From positions 6,758,001-6,822,000 of the forward strand of contig OX597832.1 in assembly GCA_951406725.2 (NCBI GenBank): 64,000 nucleotides of DNA. Direction: 5' to 3'. This stretch comes from Octopus vulgaris. Its lineage: Eukaryota. This document shows, in pieces, positions 1-14,700 of the stretch (its first letter is position 1; every line of letters starts with the position of its first letter). The notes beneath the pieces were generated by a model. The model saw only the letters and a program-made list of their open reading frames with translations, made no database searches and was not told where the DNA came from. A program made the translations under genes and the position numbers.

Positions 1-200
1 ATCTAATGCCATCCCTAGATACCCTTGTAGCATGGTACAATGAAGAGGAGATATCTATTGCTATCCTTAGTGTCCCTGGCAGTATAATATAGTGAACAAA
101 AGAGGATGAAAGAGAGATAAGAGGGTGGGTCAAAGAGATGAAGGAAGCAGCATGCGTAAATGTAATTGGAATATATCGGAGAGAGACCCAAATGTAGTTA
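1..200. repeat. Unclassified dispersed repeat, second copy at ~8840-9055
   Basis: Colinear similarity (ccatccc..agatacc..tgtag..atggt; ggagagagacccaaatgta). Confidence 0.65.
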
Positions 201-1492
201 TATACATCACTGTAAATTACCAGTTATCTTGTAACTAACTTACTCTGGAATCTGGTAGGGATATGGTTTCATGTTGATGAATTTCAAAGTGATGTAACTA
301 CCCTATTTGTTTTAGGCAAACTGGCCTAGATTCTAGGTCCCTTGAATTCTGAAACTAAAAAAATATTTAAATGAAATTTTATTGCTGTACTGAAAAAGGT
401 GCAAGCTCTCTTAGTATCTCGTTGGTAATTTCATGTTGGAAGCTTTGGCAAACCAAAAGCAGACATCTGAAAGTAACTACAGTAGTGTAAAGAAGTATAG
501 GATTTATCAATCATTGTCTCAGAAAATAGGAACTCAAGTGGTGGAATGATTGGTTATGCTTTCATACCAATGGATAGAGAAATATTCAACTAATTACAAA
601 CCTTTTGTAAGAATCCCCTTTGAATATTTACGTTGCCCATTGGGCAAAACATTACAGTCTTCCTATATGAACCAGCAACAGAGATGTGACTGCCTTCATT
701 TGGCCATCAACTCCGATGGAGTTGTAGAGCTGATGCTGTTGTTACATATGGCATATTTTGAGCAGTTTAAACCTGACAAAACCCACCCATCTCTAGGTCT
801 GAATGCAACCAATTTTCCCCAGAGATGAACTGTGTGAAAGCTGCTTTCCAAATGTCAATCACTTTACAGGGTGGACTGAACGCTTTTTACATGGTACCTA
901 CTCTGGGAGGGTCACAAAGTAACTCACAAGACAAAGAACTTTTGAGAGGTGGAGTATTGTGCTGGATGATGAGAGGTTTGAGTGTGATAGAGGGACAGAA
1001 ACAGGTGTCTTTCTGTAGTGGAGATACATAGCTACCACAGTCAGAGGGAGGGTGTGAGAATGCAAGAGAGACAGCAAGGGTGACAGAGATGGTGGTGATG
1101 TGCAAGGGTGCTTACTCTCAAGGTACAGGGATGAGAATATGGAATGGGATGATAGAATGTTGCCAGGGGAGCATGAATAGGGAGTTCACATGAATGCAAA
1201 GGGCAAAGAGGAAAATGCAGTGACTGGTGAAACCTGGATATATAGAAGATGGAGGAGACAACAGGATAGCCAGTAATACTGTGGGCAGGGCTGTGAGGAT
1301 AGGATTGGGGCGGGAGAGATAAGCATGGAAAAGAGGAGATATAGTTTGGTTTATTGGGGTAGGGTGTGAAAAATTTTCTTGAGATAGTATTTAAATATCC
1401 ATGTTTTAACCTATGAAAATTTAAAGTTTTTGCATAATTATTTTAATCATTTTATTCCAAGTTTTATTATTATTTTTTAAATATAATTTTAG

Positions 1493-1613
1493 CTCACCAA
1501 TAAAGATCAGAATCCAAGAGAAAATAAAAGAAAATGGGTGAAATCTCGTTTCTCTGAATGTAGAACGTTAAAGAATATTTACAGTGGACATGAACGTTTG
1601 GAATTGGTACCTA
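1493..1613 (+). CDS. Gene 1 exon ([10 protein letters not shown]...GHERLELVP)
   Basis: ttttag|CTC...CCTA|gtaagt; open 121 nt, phase 0 to 1. Confidence 0.8.
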
Positions 1614-2711
1614 GTAAGTTAACTTTAAGAATTTCATTGAGAAACTTTAATAGAAACACTTCTATGTAGTGAGTAGGGAGTTTTAAATTTTTGTGCCCTA
1701 ACGATAATTAATATTGTGGAGAAATGCTTTAAATTTACCAAACTATACCTCAACAAATTGTTCTGTGATGCTCATATTACCATTATTTAACAGTGAGTCA
1801 ACTAAATATGTATATTCAACCAGAGCCAGATCTCAAGTAATCCAGTAATCATGTTGGAAGTAGAATTGTTTTAAATTTTCAAAAAAAAAGGATATTTCAA
1901 AATAACTTGGAGACAGGACAAGAGAACAGCAGATGGGTCGCCAACAAGGCAACACATGCAGGCATGCACAAACTCACATTCATGTATATGTATACAAACA
2001 TGTACACTCCCCATGCAAGTATACATAAACATGTATATATATATATATATACATACATCCACAGCTGGTATATAGAGACACCAATGTTTGTTATATACTT
2101 TTTTACTTGTTTCAGTCATTTGACTGTGGCCATGCTGAAGCACTGCCTTTAGTCAAGCAAATCAACCCCAGGACTTATTCTTTGTAAGCCTAGTACTTAT
2201 CCTATCAGTCTCTTTTGCCGAACTGCTAAGCATCGGTTGTCAAGCGATGTTGGCGGGACAAACACACACACACACACACATATATACGACAGGCTTCTTT
2301 CAGTTTCCGTCTACCAAATCCACTCACAGAGCTTTGGTTGGCCTGGAGCTACAGTAGAAGACACTTGCCCAAGGTGTCACGCAGTGGGACTGAACCCATA
2401 ACCATGTAGTTGGTAAGCATGCTACTTACCACACAGCCACTCTTATGCCTATATGTAAACATACTCATAAATATATATATATATATATAGATAGATATAT
2501 ATCTATACAATAATATGTTACATTACTCGATAGTCAAGATAAAACTCTGAGTTTCAGATGCCGAAGTGGGAATCCAAGACATCTCTTCGGTTATCTGGCT
2601 ATTATATGTAACATATTATTGTATAGATAAATTTCCTCTATTTACATAATATTGAGGTCTCTTTCTTTCTTTTGTTATCTTACCGTTTTATCAATATATA
2701 GATATATATAT

Positions 2712-2766
<55 letters not shown>

Positions 2767-5700
2767 TATAGATATATACATATATATAAATACGTGCCCC
2801 AGCATGGCCACAGCTCATTAGCTGAAACTGGAAAAATCAAAAATCATCATACATACATACATATATACATACTGCACACACACGCACATACTTGCATCCA
2901 TACAACTGCCTTTTTTTCATTTTCTGCCTACTAGATACACTCAGAAGACTTTAGTCAGCCTAGGGTTGTAGTAGAAAACACTTGTCCAAGATGTCTTCTA
3001 CTATCTTGGGGCTGAACCCAAACCCATGCAGTTAGGAAGCATGCTTCTTATCTACACAGCCATGCCTACACCTGTATGTGTGTGTGTGTGTGTGTGCATG
3101 TACACACACACACTCTCTCTCTCTCTCTCTCTCCCCCTCCCTCAAGCTGCATATTATTTATTAATTTTCTCATTCTTGTGTCTTTTCAGTGCCTCCAGCT
3201 ACCAAGTTAGTGCAACCATCTTGTAACTTACCCAGGAATCTGACAGGAACATGGTTTCACGTTGCTGAATTTCAAAGTGATGTGAAAATTAATGACACTC
3301 ACATTTACTTTAAGACTCACATTGACAAGTTCACTTATGAAGAACAGTATTACTCATGTCAACAAACTCTTGGCACTAGATATTTGATGTCAAAAATTGT
3401 CGTTGGAAAATGGTGAGTAGCTTTCAATTTGTTATTCTACCCCATATTACTTCATTTGAAGTTGTAAGCTACTCTGCTCCATACAAATTGTAAAATAATC
3501 ATGAATATTGCTGTGCCGGTGGCATGTAAAAAGCACCATCCAAACGTGGCTGATGCCAGCGCCACCTTGACTGGCACCTGTGTCGGTGGCACATAAAAAG
3601 CACCCACTACACTCATGGAGTGGTTGGCGTTAGGAAGGGCATCCAGCTGTAGAAACTCTGCCAGATCAGAATGGAGCCTGGTGCTTAATTGCCCCTTGGC
3701 CTTTCTGTAACTACATTTGAATTTCATAATGTAAAATTTTTTTGTTACTGGGAAACAAGGAAGATATGAGTTCTAAGTATCAGTTGTTAAGAAACAAATT
3801 GAGTGATGTATTAGGATCATCATCATCTGTTTTAATATTCATTTTTCCATGCTTGCATCGGTCAGAGAGAATTTGTCATAAATTTTCTGTGGCCAGATGC
3901 ACTTTCTGTCACCAGCCCTCACCTGTTTCCAAGCAAGGTAACATTTCTTATGGCTAGACATGTTTTCTCAGAATATTGAAAATAAATGACGCTGCTTGTA
4001 GGACAGTGACATTCATTTACAATTATCACACACTGTCAAAGCAAGGAGACATTAACACACACACACACACACAATATACTCACACAAAATGGGCTTTTCT
4101 CAATTTGTCCAAGGTACCATGCAGTGGGACTGAACCCAGAGCTATGTGGTTGGGAAGCAAACTCTGTACCACGCAGCCACACCTGTACCTATTAGGATAC
4201 ACAGAAAATGAAATTTGTAATCATCACTATCTGCAGCGGTCATAAACATTGCAACATGACATGAAGAAGCTTGTTTCACAATCATGTGGTTCCATGTTTG
4301 ACCCACATTGAATGATACCATGGCTTAATGTCTTCTACTGTAGAGTTGTCAGGGAAATTGTGCAGAAACTATTAACCCTTTCATTACCAACTCGGCTGAA
4401 ACCAGCTCTGAGTACAAACGTCTTGTTTTCATAAGTTTTGAATTAAAATCTTCCACCAAACCTTAGACACAATTTATGTTCCTAACACTAGCTTAATGAT
4501 AACTAAGTTATTTTAATAAATTCTTTGTTATATTTAAAATTAATTGAAAGAAACACAGAACATCTCAAAATAAATACAGTAACAAAAGGGTTAAGAAGAG
4601 CACCAAATGGACTGTACTTAAACCTTAGTGACAGTCTTTATCCTTTACTCTTCTAATATATAAAATAGAGATGTGTGCATATTCACTTTTCATGTGAAAA
4701 CGGTTTCACCAATTGCTTCCATACTTCTGATGTATGAATAATTCCACCTTGGACATATTATAGGCTGTTCATTTAATTATTTTTATTAAAAATAGAAAAT
4801 ACATTTCTTTTTATATTCATTCACGTCTTTGAAAGTTTTAAAAATATTGACTTCCAGTTTTCTAGCATCAGTGATGTAACATATATCTTTATGTATACCT
4901 CTCTATCCATCTCCCTCTATCTATCTCTATCTCTCTGTAACATATCTCTCTATCTATATCTCTTGTTTTCACTTGCATTTTTCAGACGCTATTCTTTTTC
5001 ACTTTTAATTTTCTTACGCCATTGTTTAACTTCAATGTTATTGTTTTCAATGTAAGTCTAAGCTTTCTATCGTTGTTTACAAATAAACAACAAATTACTA
5101 ACAGAAAGCAGTTCACAATTACTGATGTAAGTAATTTCATAATTTACTAACAGAAGAGTCTTCCTAAACTTCATTTCAATCCATACGGCTTTGTGTTTCT
5201 CTGTTGTTGACGGTTTCTCTCTGGTTACTTCGATACTAGCTCTTTGGTTCACTGAGTGATAAATTTCACTTCAACCAGTAGAATACTTTATTTTCCATTG
5301 TCGGAATACGACCGTACGTTAGGAGGTTTTTGGTGACAAGGTCTCCTCTTGTACACCGCACGGTCGCATCCTAACAAAATATAATAATAATAAGAGAAGC
5401 CATGTTACATGGATATATTATACAGTGCCAAAGGAAATGAATGAAAAATGACAAGCCGTTCTATTGTTTGAAAGAGGAGATAGACTTTATTCACAGTGTA
5501 CAAAGTGAGTTGTGATTACTAGCATAGTGTTGTGGTATGAATGCATGCATATAGTATTTGTGTCTGTGTGTTCATGTGTGCGACAGAAGGTACAGATAAA
5601 GGTACATGCGAATACCACAGAAATACAGAGCATAAGAGAAGTCTCAGCATATTGAGTTAAGAAGAGTTAGTTACCAGTTCATGTGGTACACGTAATAAGT

Positions 5701-8700
5701 TCTATAACAAGATTTGGGTCTCGAAGCGGAGACTAGTTGAGTCACATGTTGTGCAGGTTTCTCTTGATATAGATGTTCTTTCAGATATATACTGCAACTG
5801 TTTTTCCGTGGTGAAGTTTCACACAAACAGCGTTAGTTGAATCTGTGTATTTATCTTGTTGTGTACAAGTTGAAATCTTCGGAGATGGAGACGATGTTGG
5901 TGATGACGTTCTGTCTGTTGCTGGTATACAATAGCGTCTTCATAGCATGGTTAGCTGGCTGTCGTCTGTTTTTCGAACTGGAACATTGTTGAGTAAGCTC
6001 TGTGATCTCTGACTAGACCTTAGAAGGTCTTGAGCCGAAAGACGAATTGTGAAAATACTAGCTTATTTAAAGAGTGAATATGGCTCAATTAAAAGAGCCT
6101 ATCCGAAGGCCGTGATTGGTCAGTTTACACACTGGCGCGAAATAAGTAGAGAGACAGACCGCGCTAGATGCTAACCAATCAGATCAGTGGACACAAAAGG
6201 GTTAAACTAGCCAAAGATGGTTGTAATCTCAAACGAAATCATTCCTAATGTTTTTCTCAAACAGTGAGGATTGCTACACCATTAAAATTTCTTATTTATT
6301 TTCTGGCTGTCTTATTAAAAAACATAATTTCTGTTACCAAGTTATTTTCATTGTTTACTATCTTTTGCATTCGTGTATTTCTGTATATATATATAACAAT
6401 GTCTCGTAGCAAAGTGTCAAATTTGTTGGCATAACTACAGATTTCTGTCCCACCCCGAATATACAAAATTTTGTTGGGTAAGTGATTCAGGAGGGGGTAG
6501 GAAATTTCTGAAAATTCACCGGAGTCCACTTCAATTCGTCTTCACTTTCAAGAAAATGTATATTTTTTTATGAAATTCTCTACAAATATACCTTGGACTA
6601 TGTAGATTCTGAGGACATAGGAATTGGGAGAGGGGAGACAATTTAGGATTACTTTTGAGACCTGTTCTCCACTTGGGGGTGTTTCTGAACAAGTTGTCCA
6701 TATTTGTTCCATTTTCTCCATTTTGTGCGTTTGTGCATCCATAGATTTCTACTGAAGCAACAAACAGGCAACTCATGCTAAAAATAACAGCTAAAGGTCT
6801 GGTACACAGAAATATGTTACTGAGATGACTTATCTGGGATTTAATCTTTCTCATTGAAAAAAAATAGATCCCTTATCTGTTGCATATGATGCTTTTTGCA
6901 ATTTCAGTAAATTCCTGGGTAAACGTTTCTAATAGAAATGCAGAAGACACCAGAAGCAAAAATAAGGAATTTACATGCACAATTAAATATAGAAGTGTAA
7001 CGTATAATTTGTTACATAATCTCTATGATAAACATGATACTGAATGGAATAAGTCCCCGTTTGAACTTTTTTAATTACATATATGTGTGTGTTTGTGTGT
7101 GTATGTGTGTGGTAGAAATCTATGGATGCACAAAATGGAGAAAATGAAATGCATATGGACGACTTGTTCCAAAACACCCCTGGTGGGGAACAGTTCTCAA
7201 AAGTAACCCCCAATTGTTTTCCTCCAAAATTCCTTTGTCCTTGGAATCTACATAGTCCAAGGTATATTTGTAGAGAATTTCATTAAAAAAGTATCCATTT
7301 TCTTGTAAGTTAAAACGAATTGAAGTGAATTTTCAGAAATTATCAACCCCAACAGTTATCCCGCAAACTTTTGCATATTCAGAAGCTACATGATATAACA
7401 CATATTCATAGAGAAGTTCATTAAAAAAATTGGTGCAGAAATCTGTACTTATGCAAATTTGTCAGCCAAAAGAATGTCACTGTCCAGGGAAAGAGAGGTA
7501 GGTGCAGAAAGGGAAACATTCCAACAAACGAACAGACTGTGCATTAAAAAAGTCAGAGCATCTCAAAGTGATGAACAGCGGTATGCACAACTGACAAAGA
7601 AAAGGATCTCCACTGCAGAATGAAGAGAAGCAATGTAACAGAGAAGCAACTTCTATGAAGTAGCTCTCAATTATGATCCAGCAGTTCATTATGCAGATGA
7701 CACTAGAGTTTCCATTGGTGCAATGACAACTGAGTGCATACATTGTGAAGCCAAGCAGTAATCTGGAGAGACACCTGCACTGTGCTGCAGCGGTGGAAAG
7801 GTTAAACTTCCTGCAATCCCCCAACCTCCAGAGCCATTGAAGAAACTGTTGTTATCAACTGACCAAGATTCCAAGCACTTCCAAAACAAAATTAGTATAA
7901 TGCTGCACTACAGATTACATCATTTGGAGCCACAAGAGATATAACTGAGCCAGGATTCATGCAAACTTTCAGGGTCAAAGGTTAGATTTATCATCAGATT
8001 GACTCTCTACTACCTCTGTCCAATGGCTCACCAAAATTCCTCCAAATATATTTTATGGGTGATTCTCAACAAGAAGGGCAAGAGTGGTGCAAGAAATTTC
8101 CGGCATCAGGATGAATATTGTTGTGTCTCTGCAAAAGATGCTGCATAACAACAACAACCTGATCAGAAGCTTCAAGACTGCACTTGAAACAATTCTACTT
8201 GACTCCATCGATTACAAGGTAGTTATCAGATCAGACAAGAAACCATCAGATCAGACAAGAAACCATCTGGTCAACATGGAGGGAGGTTTAATGTGCCAAC
8301 AGTAAATGAAATAGCTGTGCTTCTGGTTGGGCAAGAACATGACAAGCGTGACATTGTCCTCCATCTCAGACACAGCACACAGACAGACACAGTCCAACTA
8401 CAAATGGAAGCTCCCAAAAATACCATACTCACAGCATTCTTCAAACCCTGTCAAGATGATGGATTTGCTACAAGACTGATATACAATGAAATTCTACAAT
8501 TCTATACTTGGTACCAAAACAAATGAGAAAGACATGCACTTGGAGCACCCACACATCATCCGGGAATCAAGAAATCAGACACACTTGGCAGAGTCTATGT
8601 TGTCCATCCCAACTACTCAGAGTGCTACTATCTAAGGCTTCTATTACACTGTATGAAGGGACCCACATCATTTATAGCCTTACGTATGGTTGACAACACA

Positions 8701-11700
8701 GTATGTCAAGCAGATCACCAGGCTTGCTGTCTTAGAGGTCTTCTGGAAGATGATGCACCCTGGATGTCACTCTGACAGAGGCACAAATGTGCAAGTCTCC
8801 TATGCAGAAAAGAAGTATCAGTCATGTAAAGGCAACACAGATGTAATACCATCCCAAGATACCTATGTAGTATGGTGCAGTGAATGGGAGATATCCTTCA
8901 CCATCCTTAGTTATCTTGGCAACATAATATAATGAACAGAAGAGGATGAATTGCAAGAGATGAATTATAGAGAGGAAAGAGAGCATCAAAGAGATGAAAT
9001 AAGCAGCATATGTAAATGTAATCAGAACATTTTAGGAGAGAGACCCAAATGTAAATGGCTGGAAGAATTGCCACTTAGCATTTTGTTTAACACACTAACA
9101 ATTCTGTCAACTTGTCTTAGATTCTACTATAAGAATAAGAGCAAAGTCATCAGCATATAGAAGTTCCCATGGACAGACAGTCTTAAACACCACTATTATA
9201 GTCAATAGAAAAGAACTGGGCCCTGCTGGATTCCTACCTGCATCCTAAATTTATCACTTATTGCTAACTCTTACTTTGCTGGTTGCACCTCTGTACATAG
9301 CTTGCAGAGCTCTCCCAGGCCATTGATCTACTATCGCCTTTAGTGTCTACCAGTTTACAAAGACCCTGTCAACAAATGGTAGGTATGGCAATTTACTTTT
9401 AGCCAAGTACTTCTCCTGCCATTGTTTTACTAGGAAGAGGGCAATTGGTAGTATATCTTCCTTGCACAAGTGCAAATGCTTCACATATGGACTAATTCTA
9501 TTCCTAATTAGTTATGCTTTCAGTAACTTTCCTAAACCAGTTCATCAGCTTGATGTTTCTGTAGTTCCTGTTTCTAGTACTTATTCTTTGTCCTTGTAGT
9601 TGACCATGGCATAGAGTATGACACCTTCCTCCAATACCTAACTGACTATGTGTCAATCACATAAATATCTCCGCAAATTAAATTGCATTGTATCTTCATC
9701 ACTGTATATGGCTTTATACATGTTTATGTGACTAGTTGTTGATTAACTCTAGTTCCAATATCGCTCTTTCCATGACCATCATGTCTTTGTATTTCGAAAA
9801 CATCCTTTCCATCATTCTCATCTTCTACATTAACTCCCTTCCTCATCTTGCTTTTAATTCAACATTTTTTCGTTATTCTCTGATGAAAGGCAAAATTCAG
9901 TATATTAAACTCTAACACAAATTGTCCTTATCTACTTTGATCTTTGCCATCACAGACCATTACCAGTTTCCTTGAATTTTGAATTTTATCACACTTGAAA
10001 ACTGATTGTTAACCATTCTTCTATGCTGTTCACTTTAATTCCTCAAACTTTAACATGACAAAAAAAATTACTGTTGTAAAAAATTTGAAGTAATTACCTA
10101 GCAAAATTGAATAATTGGTAATGTATCTTCTCTTTTAGTGAAATTGATTTTGTTTGTTTTGATATTCAACCAAGACATCACAGTATTGTGAGATTTAGAG
10201 TTGGTAAGTTTGATATAACTTTCCATTTTTATTTTCCTAAATTGTTTGTAAAATTGGTTGTCATAAAGAAAATTATTAGTAACCCTTTAGGTTATGACAC
10301 CATCAAAACCTTTGTCTACAAGGGAGAATAAACTAGTATGTTTTTCAATACTTTCTTCATTCCCATTGCCCTGCCAAGACATTTATTTGTAGGTAAAAGA
10401 CTGAGTCACGGCCAGTTTCTGAGCAGTAGGATACCCTACCAATTCAGCAGTAGATTAAAATTCTAATATGATCTTAGAAGAAGAAATGACTGTAGTACTT
10501 ATTAGTCACATAGAAGCATCAAACCTTCCTACAATAGCTGTCTTTGAGCAAGGAACAGAACCTACCTAGCTTGACTTAGGTTCTCTTGATGATATAACAG
10601 GCTTCAACTGTTATTGTTGAATGTCATGTTTTAGAAAGGTCATCCAAACATTGAAACTTGTAAAAACCATCTAAACATAGAACTTATTCTAGTTTTATAT
10701 AAATTGTGGGAGAATAAAAAAAAAAAGCCCTAATAATTATATCCATGTTTAAACATTGAAGTATTAAAGCTACATCATGAAGCACATAATAAACTTTTTC
10801 TTACATTATTTATTTCTTGTATTTTGTACGTCTGTTGTTAGTGTTATTATTATTTTAATGCTATTGACTCTTATACTTGACTGAGACTTTATTTCATCAA
10901 CCCCCAAACGGTAAGAAAGGTAAAGTTGATATCAGCAGGATTCTTACATTCTGAATTCAAATCCTGTTGTGGTCATCTTTTGGGTTGATACAGTAAAGTA
11001 TCGGTCAGAGACAGGGTCAATTTAATCGACTAATTTCTCCCCTAAAATTGCAGGCATTGTACCAAAATTTGAAACAATTATTTTAATGTTATGAAGAGCA
11101 TTGGAGTGATAGAAATGATACTTCATTTGATTAAATTCTTTGCAGTATTTGTTTACTCTGTTTTCATTCAGTTTCAACTATGCCACTCCCCACTTCTTTC
11201 AATTAATAAAGTAAGAACCAGGTGTGTACTGAGACCATTTCAATTGAATATACTCTTTTTTTTCAAACATGTAATCTTGTACTAATGTTTAAAGTTATTG
11301 CTTCAAATTTATTATTTATTGGGTTGTTGTTATCACTCTGTTTTTCTCCATTGTTAGGAAAACCAAACCGATTAGCACCTAATGAACTGGACTCAAACTT
11401 CCTAATGAAGAAATTTCGTCAGTCCTGCACGTGGCAAGCATTTGTTATGAACAGAGATGATTTCAATTGGAAATATGACTACTTTATCTGTAAGTTCTAC
11501 TCCTTTAACACATGATCATTGTTGCAGGCGGGTGGTAAAAAATTTGCTTTCCAGCCACACGATTCCTGGTTCAGTCCCATTGTGTGATATCTGGGACAAG
11601 AGTCTTCTACTATAGCCTTGGACCAACCAAAGCCTTGTAAGTGAATTTGGTAGACAGAAACTGAAAAGCCTGTTCTGTGTATATTTGCCTTTCCTTGTCT

Positions 11701-14700
11701 TGACATCACGTGATGTTGTAAGTGAATGTCACTATCATACAAGCAGTGCCATTCATTTCCAATATTCTGGTCAAGGGGAAATATTGTCCTGCTTGGAAAT
11801 AGATGAGGGTTGACAAAGAGAAAGGCATACAGCCATAGAAAATCTGCCTCGATTAAACTTTACCCATCTCATACAAGCATGGAGTAGTGGATGATAAATG
11901 AAAATGATGGTGTCGTTAATATTTTGGAGCACAGTCTAGTTGAAGACATTTCACTTTACATCAGTATGACAATAATACCATAAGAAAAAGTATATATGCC
12001 AGAAATTTCAGTGATCACTATCCAGTAACAGTAGGTTTCTCCAAATAAAAAAAAATGACCACTTACATTATTCATATCTAATTCAGTTATATATTTGATA
12101 CAAATTATGTAATCAAATACTGGGACAAAAATATTATGGCTTTATTAACATACTCTAACATTTTCATTTTTTATGTGGTGCTATTTAAGTTAATGTTTAA
12201 GGATTTAGTCAACATTTACATAATGTTCTTTGAATATGAAGACACATGGCTCAGTGGTTAGAGCATCAGGCTCACAATCATGAGGTAGTGAGTTCAACTT
12301 CTGGACTGGGCTGTGCATTGTGTTCTTGAGCAAGACACTTATTTTTCACCTTCTCATCTGTAAAAATGAGCTGCGATGTCACTGGTGCCAAGCTGTATTA
12401 GCCTTTGCCTTTCTCTTGGATAACATCAGTGGCAAAGTAATCCCATGGTCATTCATGACTGAAGGAGGTTTTTTTTTACATAATGTTCTTTATATATGTA
12501 TTTTTCCTCACAAAAATTTGCTCATTTATTCTTTGCTAATGTAATTACCAACGTGGCCGTGGCCAGCCTCACCTGACACGTAAAAAGCACCCACTACACT
12601 CACGGAGTGGTTGGCGTTAGGAAGGGCATCCAGCTGTAGAAACACTGCGAGATCAGACTGGAGCCAGGTGCAGCCTTCTGGCTTCCCAGATCCCGGTCGA
12701 ACCGTCCAACCCATGCTAGCATGGAAAACGGACATTAAATGATGATGATGATGATGTAAACATTAAATGTACTTCTGTGTTTGATCATTTTCTTAGGAGA
12801 TCTGAATGTAGAATTTTCTTATTTTTGTTAAATGTATGACAATTTGTTTCTTTTCTTTCTATAATGAATTTAATAATACTTCCAGTTAACCCGCCTACTC
12901 CAGTTCCATGTCCTATTGGAGGACGCTACTCATTTATACAAACAGGTTTTACTAATGAGTATTATACAACCCGTATCAGAGGTATTACAGACAAACCCCG
13001 TGTGCAAGTGGATTGCCGAAATGTCCAGAGTGAAGCTAAGTCTTGCACCCAGGATATGACAAAATTTGAGATTGATGTTGAATATTGTGAAACAGTTGAT
13101 TATCGTGGCAGGCCTATTGGAGAATATGGTGAGATTTCAATTAAAGATTAAAATAAGTTGATTAAATATAGAAATTTTGAACTGTTTATTGAGATAAATG
13201 TAGAAAATACAGTCCCATGAAGAGAAATAAAAGTTTAGTTTTATTTATCTAGACATTTAGTGCAAATATTAAAAGTATATCATCAAATTTAAAATTCACC
13301 TTTTCAAGACCATTGCAACGAATGCTACTGCAACTATTTTAAATGTTGATTTTATTGCCAGGAAAATAAAGTAGAAATGTAAATAACTAGGCTCTAAGAA
13401 TGTTTTCCGTAGACTGTTGCTCATTTAATTTGAAGAAATTTCATTTTTTGTGATGAAAATTAGTTTATCCTTTTCTGAATATTGAATGCAGATGAACCAG
13501 ACAATATTCTGAAATGTGTCGGTTATTGGATGGAAGACTTAAGATCATACCTGATCACTTATGATGATGAAGATGCCATTTCTAATTTCAGATGCTGGGT
13601 TTGTATATAATCATTTATCTAAATTCTAAATCTAATTAACTTCGATATTTCTGTTTGATACCAGTTACTCAGTTGTGAAGTGTGAACACTCCCTGAAATG
13701 TTAAAATACATGTCATAGATCAATCATCCAACATCTTAATTATTCAATAATACTTCTAAATTCTCTTACTGTCATCATCACCTTCATTTAATGTATTTTT
13801 CTATAATTGTTTAATCGTTTAGTTACTGCATGTAACATACACAATCATCATACCCGAATCTGTATAGTGTAAAAGAAACCTATGAAGTACATGCTTTATA
13901 TAAATATTTAGCATCTGTTATTCATTTTTAAAGAAGTGATACATTTGAAATCTTATATAAAATCTTCTTTCATACTTTAGGTTTATGAGCGTCTGTCTTG
14001 GACAAGTTTAATCATGTCACGAGCTGCAAATGCCAAATGTAAAAGAGAACAAACTGCTCATTCAGCCTCAGGTGATGGATCAACCCTGAGGGTGGAACTG
14101 ACGGAAAGTGAAAGACTTTGTAAGTTTGTTGGTTGTATATTTATTATTCCCTTTCAAAACAAATCTTGGATTTGAGTACAAGTAAAACATCTATACCAAA
14201 TATTTAGTTACAAAACTTTTAAGATAGTAAATATTTTCAAATTTCTGCAAATATATTTAAAAAAAGACATTGTGTCAAAAAGGTTTAATCATTTCATATC
14301 TATAAATTGGTAAAATAAGTAGTTGTTTAAAATTAGTACCAGGTCTAAATGATTGACTAAAACTCACAAATCAGAACCCTCAGCATTCTCTGAGTCCAAT
14401 AACTGAAACAAGTAACAAGAATAAAAGTATATCACTAATAATACAATAGCTGAAAGTCATATATTCCATTAACATCTTTAGCATTCAGATTACATTCTGG
14501 AAAGCTTATTTATTCACATTGTTTCATAGCTTCAAGATTTCCGTGATGTAATTATTTATTTTTATAATGACTTTGTAAGGTAGTCACGAGAGGTTGGATC
14601 TGGCCAGTTTGAACATAAATTAGGTAAAATATTTTGGCTGGATGTGGCTGGTTTAAATGCTAAAGGGTTAAAGTATTTACAACTTCTTTCCTAGATGAAT

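Larger units (their letters stand above)
4652..8800 (+). mobile_element. Degenerate Helitron (putative 5' end at 4652; RepHel remnant 7470-8800) with nested insertions
   Basis: TCTAATATATAAAA 5'-type end; broken reading [54 protein letters not shown], then [36 protein letters not shown]. The 5' boundary is less certain than the coding remnant. Confidence 0.8.

Noticed and set aside
9880-10012. CTGATGA...GAAA as a functional hammerhead
   Set aside because: Stems I and III do not pair; at most a decayed relic.
12240-12315. tRNA gene (also other A/B-box heads)
   Set aside because: No complete cloverleaf; continues into a SINE body.
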